Source: Fidelibacterota bacterium (lineage in GTDB: Bacteria > Fidelibacterota > Marinisomatia > SCGC-AAA003-L08 > TS1B11). From it: a DNA stretch of 33,202 nucleotides. The number at the start of each line of letters is the position of its first letter. The stretch's first letter is position 1. Below the pieces are notes generated by a model that was not told the DNA's origin, did not search any database, and worked only from the letters and a program-made list of their open reading frames with translations. This document shows positions 27,174-33,202 of the stretch, in pieces. The stretch is taken from positions 1 through 33,202 of the forward strand of contig JADFMC010000001.1 of NCBI GenBank assembly GCA_022564085.1, given 5' to 3'. The translations under genes were made by a program, and so were the position numbers.

Positions 27174-28335
27174 AAGTTATACTGCCGGCAGTGAAAGAGA
27201 AGCGCTGAACCTGGCTAAAGAGGACTTGGGCCCAGATATCATGATTCTGGATCTTCGTCGTACACCGGCGACCCTGCCGGGGCAGGAAAAAAGAGTAATG
27301 GTAACTGTTACTCCTGATGGCGCCCATAATGCCAATCCTCGTCCCGAGGCCGACAAACTGTTTCCCCGGCAATTGGCTCCCAAGGGGCCCGTGCGGCCGG
27401 GCCAGCTGTTGGAAACTTCCCCGATTCTGGATGAAAAGGAAGTGGCCGAGTTGTTCTATCTGCGCAAACAGATGCGCAACTTAAAAGCCCGCATCCGGGC
27501 CGGCCGCCATGTCCCCTTCGAGGAACCGTTCAAATTTTGTTTCGATCTGCTGGCCGAATCCGGCGTGCCGGACCATATGGCCGAGTCGCTGGTTCAACGC
27601 ACCGAGCAGCAGCTGGCCGAAGAAGCATTTACCGGCATGACCGATCTGTCAGCAGTCAGCCGCGCCGTAGCCGTGAACGAGCTGCGCAACCAGATCCAAC
27701 GATTGTTCGTCGCTGCGCCGGTCCCACCAGCAGGAGACGGCCAACAGGTTGTGGTCATGATCGGTCCTTCGGGCGCCGGGAAGACTTCCCTGATCACCAA
27801 GTTGGCTGCCCATAAAGATGTCTATCGCGGTCGCCGGTTGGCGGTCATCTCCACCGACATCTATCGGGCCGGGGCCAACGCGGGGCTCAAGTCCATTTGT
27901 AAGATATTAGAGATTCCCATTGTCGAGGTCAAGCATCTGGATGACATCCCCCGGGCCAAAAAGAACCTCTCTGACTTTGAGGTGCTCCTGGTGGATACCC
28001 CCGGCCGGAGTCCTCTGTCCAAGGAGTGCTTACCGGCACTGCAGACCCAATTGGCCCTGTTCAAACCCACCGAGACAATCCTGGTGCTAAGCGCCAACAT
28101 GGGCATTGAGGAGTTATGGCTGTTCCTGGGGCTCTACCAGGGGGTGCATCCGACGGCCCTGGCGGTTACCAAGCTGGATGAAACCAGCCGTCCCGGTAAG
28201 GTACTGGGATTGGCCGACGATCCTAAACTGCCCCTAAAATACATTTCCAACGGTCAGGCAGTGCCTCAAAGCCTGGCGACCCAGGTTGGGGAGGCGATCA
28301 TAAAACAATTACCCCTAACGGGCGGGAAAGACTGA
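27163..28335 (+). CDS. flhF: Flagellar SRP-type GTPase FlhF
   Basis: 390 aa. G1 GPSGAGKTS, G3 DTPGRS, G4 TKLDET. GTGAGGT RBS. 11-nt overlap with flhA. Confidence 0.9.
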   Translation: MFVKSYTAGSEREALNLAKEDLGPDIMILDLRRTPATLPGQEKRVMVTVTPDGAHNANPRPEADKLFPRQLAPKGPVRPGQLLETSPILDEKEVAELFYLRKQMRNLKARIRAGRHVPFEEPFKFCFDLLAESGVPDHMAESLVQRTEQQLAEEAFTGMTDLSAVSRAVAVNELRNQIQRLFVAAPVPPAGDGQQVVVMIGPSGAGKTSLITKLAAHKDVYRGRRLAVISTDIYRAGANAGLKSICKILEIPIVEVKHLDDIPRAKKNLSDFEVLLVDTPGRSPLSKECLPALQTQLALFKPTETILVLSANMGIEELWLFLGLYQGVHPTALAVTKLDETSRPGKVLGLADDPKLPLKYISNGQAVPQSLATQVGEAIIKQLPLTGGKD

Positions 28336-28336
28336 A

Positions 28337-29224
28337 GTGCTGACCAGCCAAGTGCAGAAGCCGGCAGCCAAACCCAAGTACAAGCAACGCCCATCGGCGG
28401 TGCAGCAGTACCTCCCCGAAATAATCACCATCACCTCTGGCAAGGGCGGGGTGGGCAAGACCAACCTGGCGGTGAACCTGGGTATCCTCCTGAGCCAGCG
28501 CAAGCAAAGGGTCCTGCTGATGGACGCCGACCTGCAGCTGGGCAAGCTGGATGTGATCCTGGGCGCTTCGCCCCGTTATACACTGGCCGACCTGGTGGAA
28601 GGGCGCAAAACTATTGATGAAATCATCATGCACCATCCCTCAGGGATCGACATATTGCCGGCCACCTCCGGTGATCTGGACCTGCTGGACGCCGACGACC
28701 GGATGCTTAAGGTATTAGCCAATTCGTTTTCTTCCATTCAGTCCCTTTACGACTACCTGATCGTCGACACCGGCGCGGGACTCTCCCCGACGGTGCTCAC
28801 CATGGCGCTGGGAGCCGACAAGGTTATCCTGCTGGTGACCCCGGAGCCGGCCTCGGTTTCGGATGTGTACGCCATGATCAAGGTGATCAGCCAGAAAGCG
28901 CCTGACCTGCCATTGATCCTGGTGCCCAACCGCCATTCGTCGCTCGAAGATGGGGTGGAGTTGCATAAAAAGTTGAACCTGATTACCCAGAAGTTCCTCA
29001 AAACTACCATCTACTACGGCGGCTCCATCGTGGAAGATAACGCCGTGCGCCAGGCTGTAATACGACAACGGCCCTTCGTGACGGAATTTCCCAATAGCCA
29101 GGCGGCCAATAACCTGCAGCTGGTTTGCCACCGGCTGCTGAAATTTCCACGCCAGGATTTCGACCGCCGTTCAAATATCTTTGATCGGCTGAAGGAAAAG
29201 CGTAAAGTCATGGAAACGGCCTAG
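28337..29224 (+). CDS. flhG: MinD/ParA-family flagellar number regulator FlhG (FleN/YlxH)
   Basis: 295 aa. GTG start 1 nt after the flhF stop. Deviant Walker A SGKGGVGKT, Walker B YLIVDTGAG. Lies directly downstream of flhF. Confidence 0.88.
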   Translation: MLTSQVQKPAAKPKYKQRPSAVQQYLPEIITITSGKGGVGKTNLAVNLGILLSQRKQRVLLMDADLQLGKLDVILGASPRYTLADLVEGRKTIDEIIMHHPSGIDILPATSGDLDLLDADDRMLKVLANSFSSIQSLYDYLIVDTGAGLSPTVLTMALGADKVILLVTPEPASVSDVYAMIKVISQKAPDLPLILVPNRHSSLEDGVELHKKLNLITQKFLKTTIYYGGSIVEDNAVRQAVIRQRPFVTEFPNSQAANNLQLVCHRLLKFPRQDFDRRSNIFDRLKEKRKVMETA

Positions 29225-29225
29225 A

Positions 29226-29465
29226 ATGAGCTCGACCATTTATCAGTTGACCCTGATTATCGGGATGGGTACCTTGATCACGTTGCTGATCAGGGGCATG
29301 AGCCTGGGAATCGCCCTTTACCGGAGCATGGTGGTGATCATGGCGATGCTGGGATTGCTCCTGGTGGCCGGTATTATAGTGAAATGGGCCACTATTCCCA
29401 AGCCCCCGCAATCCGAAATCAAGGATTCGGAAACCGACCTGGAAGTGGCTGATAAAACGGAATGA
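29226..29465 (+). CDS. Hypothetical small membrane protein (2 predicted TM segments)
   Basis: 79-aa ORF filling the flhG-fliA gap. Hydrophobic stretches LTLIIGMGTLITLLI and MVVIMAMLGLLLVAGIIV, with an acidic tail. Its stop overlaps the fliA start (ATGA). Confidence 0.5.
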   Translation: MSSTIYQLTLIIGMGTLITLLIRGMSLGIALYRSMVVIMAMLGLLLVAGIIVKWATIPKPPQSEIKDSETDLEVADKTE

Positions 29466-30235
29466 GTACTACCGTTACAGATAGCCGGGAACATAATGGC
29501 GAGACACTCCTGCGGGAATACTACGCCACCAAGGATCCCATCCTGCGGGAGCGGGCGATCCGGGAGTTCTTGCCGCTGGTCTACTACGTGGTCAACCGCG
29601 TTACCCTGCCAGCTACCGATGCCATCACCCGGGAAGACCTGGAGCAGAGCGCCATTCACGGCCTGCTGGAGGCCATCGAACGCTTCGACGAAACGCGGCA
29701 AGTTAAATTTAAGACCTTTGCCTATAAACGCATTTACGGCGCTGTTATCGACGCCATCCGTCAAGTACGCATCCTCAGCCGCACTAAACTCGAGCGCCTG
29801 ATGAGAGTACAGCGCATTACCGAAGAGCTGACCCAGAAGCTCCACCGGGAGCCACTCCCTGATGAAGTTTGCGAGGCAGCCAATATTTCTCCCAGCGAGC
29901 ACTCGAGTTTACTGGTGGCTGGGCAGCTGAGCTATGCCACTTTTTCACTGGACGATCCGGTCCTGGGAGAACCGGAAGGCTCCGTCAGGCAGATTGATCT
30001 GCTGGCGGATGTGGAATCTGAAGACCCGGAGAAGTTCTATATGATGGAGAACCTGAAGGCCCGTTTGGTCAACATGATCAAAAAGCTCCCCGAAAGAGAG
30101 CGTTTGATTCTGGCTCTATACTACTATGAAAACCTTACCCTGGTAGAGATCGGCAAGGTGCTGAGTATATCCGAATCGCGGGTATCCCAGATCATGAGTA
30201 AGTCGATGGACAACCTGCGAGGCAAATTAAAATGA
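29462..30235 (+). CDS. fliA: Flagellar sigma factor FliA (sigma-28 / SigD family)
   Basis: 257 aa. Region 2 FKTFAYKRIYGAVIDAIR. Region 4.2 HTH LTLVEIGKVLSISESRVSQIMSKSM. Position after flhF-flhG. Confidence 0.9.
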   Translation: MSTTVTDSREHNGETLLREYYATKDPILRERAIREFLPLVYYVVNRVTLPATDAITREDLEQSAIHGLLEAIERFDETRQVKFKTFAYKRIYGAVIDAIRQVRILSRTKLERLMRVQRITEELTQKLHREPLPDEVCEAANISPSEHSSLLVAGQLSYATFSLDDPVLGEPEGSVRQIDLLADVESEDPEKFYMMENLKARLVNMIKKLPERERLILALYYYENLTLVEIGKVLSISESRVSQIMSKSMDNLRGKLK

Positions 30236-30528
30236 TCGATATCCTCGATCCGAACCAGGGATTGCCGCAACCGGTGCCGGTTACTACCCAGCCGGTGGAA
30301 CCGGTGGATACCGATAACGTCAGTATTCATGATAACCGGCTGGAGGAGGAGAAACGTTCCGGCCAGGAAGACCAACTGCAAGAGCGCAGGAAGCAAAAAA
30401 AAGGGGACGTAGTGGAGTTGTCCAGTCGTTCGGGGGCTCAGCATTCGGAAGCGGAAAAGTCGGATGACGATACGGGCCATCAAGGCCCCGAAACAGATGA
30501 ACACCAGATCGATATTATCATTGAGTAA
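30232..30528 (+). CDS. Hypothetical, very acidic, probably disordered protein translationally coupled to fliA
   Basis: 98-aa ORF whose ATG overlaps the fliA stop (ATGA). By my count it has 24 Asp/Glu against 10 Lys/Arg. No hydrophobic core; the only local motif is GDVVELSSRS. Confidence 0.45.
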   Translation: MIDILDPNQGLPQPVPVTTQPVEPVDTDNVSIHDNRLEEEKRSGQEDQLQERRKQKKGDVVELSSRSGAQHSEAEKSDDDTGHQGPETDEHQIDIIIE

Positions 30529-31327
30529 GATTCTATTGCTGGCCGCCATGATCGTGGGCGGGTCCGCCCAGGGCGGCTCAGGGAAGTATATAGCTTTTTT
30601 CTCCGCCGAACAGGAGCATTACCGGCGGATCCTGATCGACGGCGTCGGCAACCGGCACGTAAACGTAGAGCTGGATAGTTTGGGCCAGTGCGAGATCAGG
30701 ATCTGGGGCGCCTCCGAAAAATCGTATGTGGGTCTTAGAAACTATACTAAAGGCTACCTGATCCCGGTGCACATCAAAGTGGAATTCCCTGAGAAGCAGC
30801 TTATGTTGATTAAGGTTTATGGGACCCGTTTTAAGGAAGTAGTGAAATTCCGCGAGGTTGGGTCGGGCCTGTACGTCATTGACTTGTACGTCCGGCGCCT
30901 ACCCCAGGAGAGCATTTTTCGTGAAGAGACCATCAGCGCCTTATGGCCGGGCGGCCGGTTCCAGCCGGATGTTATCCCGGGAGGGGGGGCTACGGTACAA
31001 CTGGCCGCAGCGCATAAGATAAGTTTTATTCCACCGGTATTGGCCAAACTGGCCCCCTATCGTTATGTGATTTACCGGGCCATGTTCTGGGCCGCCGCCG
31101 TATTTGCCGGCCTATTTATAACCGGCATACCGTTGATTATTCTCATGCGGCGCCGGAGGACTCACGGCCGGTTTGGCTCCCGGCAGGCTAAGGGGTCCAC
31201 CCGGCTGGATATGGCGGATGCCGTTGCGGTCCGCGCCCAGAATATGATGAAACACAATGGCGACCTCAGTTTTGAAGAGGCCACACTGATGGCCGATTTG
31301 GAAAAGGACCCCGCTGGCCGCTCCTGA
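30464..31327 (+). CDS. Hypothetical secreted, C-terminally membrane-anchored protein with a beta-rich (possibly AMIN-like) domain
   Basis: 287 aa, or 276 aa from the alternative ATG at 30497. Signal-peptide-like SILSLSKILLLAAMIVGGSAQG. Beta-rich region ending GLYVIDLYV. TM MFWAAAVFAGLFITGIPLIILM followed by RRRR and a tail of about 60 aa. The 5' end overlaps the previous ORF by 32-65 nt. Confidence 0.6.
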   Translation: MTIRAIKAPKQMNTRSILSLSKILLLAAMIVGGSAQGGSGKYIAFFSAEQEHYRRILIDGVGNRHVNVELDSLGQCEIRIWGASEKSYVGLRNYTKGYLIPVHIKVEFPEKQLMLIKVYGTRFKEVVKFREVGSGLYVIDLYVRRLPQESIFREETISALWPGGRFQPDVIPGGGATVQLAAAHKISFIPPVLAKLAPYRYVIYRAMFWAAAVFAGLFITGIPLIILMRRRRTHGRFGSRQAKGSTRLDMADAVAVRAQNMMKHNGDLSFEEATLMADLEKDPAGRS

Positions 31328-31351
31328 TCACCGCAGCCCCCATACGCCGGC

Positions 31352-32152
31352 ATGCTCAGACTCGATTATCTAGACCAGTTCGGCGCGCTCCTGGAGAAGA
31401 GCCTCTCCAGTGACGAAACCTACGACGCAGTCCTCGGAATCCTCGAACAAGTCATTGATTACAATTCCGCCACCCTGTTTATTAACGACCCCGTTACTAA
31501 CCGGCTGGAGGTATCCCAGTCCCACGGGGAGGGCATTGTCGACCTGATCGTCGAGGTCACTTTCGAGCGGGGCGAAGGGTTGAGCGGTTGGGTGGCTTCG
31601 CAACATGCCCCAGTGATTTTTTCCACCATCCATACGGAGAACCGGGATAGCCGATTCCACTCCCTGGTTTCCATGCCTCTTTGGTCCGAGGACCGGCTGC
31701 TGGGGGTGCTCAACCTGGGACACTCCCGGTCCGGGTTCTACCGGCAGGAACATAAACCGGAATTCCAGAAATTGGCATCGCAACTTTCAATGATCGTTGA
31801 GCAGTTGCGGCTCCGGGATGAGCTTAAGGCGAAAAACAGTCGGCTTGAGGAGTTGCTGGCAGAGCTGCGGACGGCCCAACAGGCCCTGGTGGAAAAGGAA
31901 CGCCTGGCGGCCATCGGTGAAGTGGTCGTAAAGATCAAGCATGAAATCAACAACCCATTATCGGTCATCATCGGATTCGTCGATCTGTTGAGCATGGAAT
32001 GCTCCGATACCCTGCCGGAGTTCGCCGAGAACTTGGCCAAGATCAAGACAGCTGCCAAGCAGATCGAGAGCCTTACCAAAGCCTTGGAGAACGTGGAATC
32101 GAGCCAGGCGGAGGAATACCACGCCGGCGTTAAGATGTTGAAAATTGATTAG
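31352..32152 (+). CDS. GAF domain protein with a histidine-kinase DHp (HisKA) domain but no ATPase domain
   Basis: 266 aa. GAF-like N-terminal ~160 aa (SATLFINDPVTNRLEV...GLSGWVASQHAPVIF...SLVSMPLWSEDRLLGVLNLGH). Coiled coil. H-box ERLAAIGEVVVKIKHEINNPLSVIIGFVDLL. The protein stops about 60 aa later with no N/G1/G2 boxes, and only 224 bp of non-coding DNA follows. Confidence 0.75.
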   Translation: MLRLDYLDQFGALLEKSLSSDETYDAVLGILEQVIDYNSATLFINDPVTNRLEVSQSHGEGIVDLIVEVTFERGEGLSGWVASQHAPVIFSTIHTENRDSRFHSLVSMPLWSEDRLLGVLNLGHSRSGFYRQEHKPEFQKLASQLSMIVEQLRLRDELKAKNSRLEELLAELRTAQQALVEKERLAAIGEVVVKIKHEINNPLSVIIGFVDLLSMECSDTLPEFAENLAKIKTAAKQIESLTKALENVESSQAEEYHAGVKMLKID

Positions 32153-32166
32153 CCCAAAGCTGCCCG

Positions 32167-32215
32167 TAAGGGAAAAAACTACCACCTGATAGCTAATTAG
32201 AGATTCCTTCCCTTA
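32167..32215. promoter_or_regulatory. Perfect 8-bp inverted repeat upstream of the flgF promoter candidate (possible activator site; not a typical terminator)
   Basis: TAAGGGAA (32167-32174) and TTCCCTTA (32208-32215) separated by 33 nt. It shares the GGGAA/TTCCC half-site with the palindromes upstream of flgB. Confidence 0.3.
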
Positions 32216-32323
32216 CCAGGTACGGAGGCCCTCCAGCCGGCGCTACCAGAATAACCCCTCTAATACCCTTTCTCCTCTGAGAAGATTCCGCTTGCAGCCG
32301 TCAAACCAGTCCTGCCACCGGTT

Positions 32324-32338
32324 TGGCACGGCATTTGA
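32324..32338 (+). promoter_or_regulatory. Candidate sigma-54 (-24/-12) promoter for flgF-flgG
   Basis: TGGCACGGCATTTGA compared with TGGCAC-N5-TTGC. The -24 element is perfect; the -12 element is TTGA. It ends 38 nt before the flgF ATG, almost the same geometry as the flgB candidate (39 nt). Confidence 0.55.
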
Positions 32339-32376
32339 ACCGATATTGCGCAGTGACATGAAATTGTGGAGTAACT

Positions 32377-33090
32377 ATGGATTTTAATCTCGGCAGGATC
32401 GCCCGTAATATGACCAGGAACCTGTACGGTACTGATATTATCGCCAACAACCTGGCTAATAGCAGCACCACCGGTTTTAAACGGGATGCCGCGTTTACCG
32501 ACGCGTATATGGAGGCCGTCCAACAGGGCGCCTCCAAGAGCTATACCAACTTTTCCCAAGGGGAAATGATACACACGGCAAATTCCCTGGATTTTGCCAT
32601 CACCGGCACCGGCTTTTTTGTGGTCCAGACCGATTTGGGGCTGGCCGTTACCCGTAACGGACATTTCCAAGTCGATGCCCAGGGTATGCTGGAAACAGCT
32701 GCGGGCGAGCTGGTACTGGGCGAGCATGGACCGATGTCAATTATTGCCAGCGGTGATACTCCCGGCCAGGTGCTGGTGACCCGGCAGGGAGAGTTATATG
32801 TGGACGATGTTTTTATTGATAACCTGGCAATCGCCCAGGTAGCCGATCTCCAGGCGCTGGAGAAAATCGGTTCCAACCTATTCAAGGTCGGCAATGATAT
32901 CCTGATGACCCAGCTGGACCGGGAACTGATCGATATCCGCCAGGGGATGCTGGAAGGGTCGAATGTCTTGCCGGTGGTTGAGATGGTAACCATGATCGAC
33001 CTGCAACGTAATTATGAATCAACTCAACGGGTGGTCAGAGCCATGGACCAGATTCTGGGACGGGCCGTTCAGTTGGGTGATTACCGCTAA
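32377..33090 (+). CDS. flgF: Flagellar basal-body rod protein FlgF
   Basis: 237 aa. N-terminal IIANNLANSSTTGFKRD, C-terminal MVTMIDLQRNYESTQRVVRAMDQILGRAV. Lies directly upstream of flgG. Confidence 0.85.
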   Translation: MDFNLGRIARNMTRNLYGTDIIANNLANSSTTGFKRDAAFTDAYMEAVQQGASKSYTNFSQGEMIHTANSLDFAITGTGFFVVQTDLGLAVTRNGHFQVDAQGMLETAAGELVLGEHGPMSIIASGDTPGQVLVTRQGELYVDDVFIDNLAIAQVADLQALEKIGSNLFKVGNDILMTQLDRELIDIRQGMLEGSNVLPVVEMVTMIDLQRNYESTQRVVRAMDQILGRAVQLGDYR

Positions 33091-33099
33091 GGAGGATTT

Positions 33100-33202
33100 A
33101 TGATCAGATCACTGAGAACCGCTGCCCTGGGCATGGGCGCCCAACAGCTGCAACTGGACGTGATAGCCAATAACCTGGCTAACGTCAATACCACCGGCTT
33201 CA
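33100..33202 (+). CDS. flgG: Flagellar distal rod protein FlgG (5' fragment, runs off the window)
   Basis: [34 protein letters not shown] is the canonical FlgG N-terminus. GGAGG RBS 4 nt upstream. Confidence 0.9.
   Translation, partial: MIRSLRTAALGMGAQQLQLDVIANNLANVNTTGF

Noticed and set aside
29318-29902. 194-aa minus-strand ORF opposite the small membrane ORF and fliA
   Set aside because: fliA on the plus strand has clear sigma-70 region 2 and 4 motifs. The antisense ORF has none.
30403-30464. Possibility that a -1 slip in the A8 tract fuses the acidic ORF to the downstream membrane-protein frame
   Set aside because: The target frame contains a TAG at 30410-30412, so no fusion product is possible.
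32224-32234. GGAGGCCCTCC palindrome in the GAF-flgF intergenic region, considered as a terminator hairpin
   Set aside because: The 5-bp arms have a 1-nt spacer and cannot form a stable hairpin, and there is no T-tract.
32260-32727. 155-aa minus-strand ORF spanning the flgF promoter region and the 5' part of flgF
   Set aside because: It overlaps a well-supported flgF and the sigma-54 promoter candidate, and has no recognisable domain or RBS.

Overview
The window is almost entirely one plus-strand, tightly packed flagellar super-operon; many genes are joined by ATGA, GTGA or TGATG overlaps. The order is: a regulatory block (degenerate GGDEF-like protein, stand-alone receiver, soluble PAS histidine kinase, NtrC-type sigma-54 activator); then flgB-flgC-(unknown ORF)-fliE-fliF-fliG-fliH-fliI-fliJ-(ylxF/MotE-like)-fliK-flgD-(small flagellar operon protein)-flgE-motA-motB-fliL-fliM-fliN/Y-fliO-fliP-fliQ-fliR-flhB-flhA-flhF-flhG-(small membrane ORF)-fliA; then three uncharacterised genes; then flgF and the 5' end of flgG. 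This gene order is the fla/che-like arrangement known from Firmicutes, Spirochaetes and Thermotogae, but it is combined here with a sigma-54 activator and two TGGCACG-N4-TTG promoter-like sites upstream of flgB and flgF. I saw no rRNA, tRNA, CRISPR array, transposase or integrase. Most of the window is ordinary, well-understood flagellar biology. The parts not explained by known families are: (1) the three-gene module between fliA and flgF, comprising a very acidic disordered protein translationally coupled to fliA, a secreted membrane-anchored beta-rich protein, and a GAF-DHp protein with no ATPase domain; (2) a 1054-aa, strongly basic FliK carrying a young in-frame 240-bp tandem repeat; (3) an extra ORF filling the flgC-fliE gap; (4) the degenerate GGDEF, atypical receiver and PAS-kinase trio upstream of the sigma-54 activator. 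All functional calls rest on motif recognition by eye and on synteny. No database search was run.
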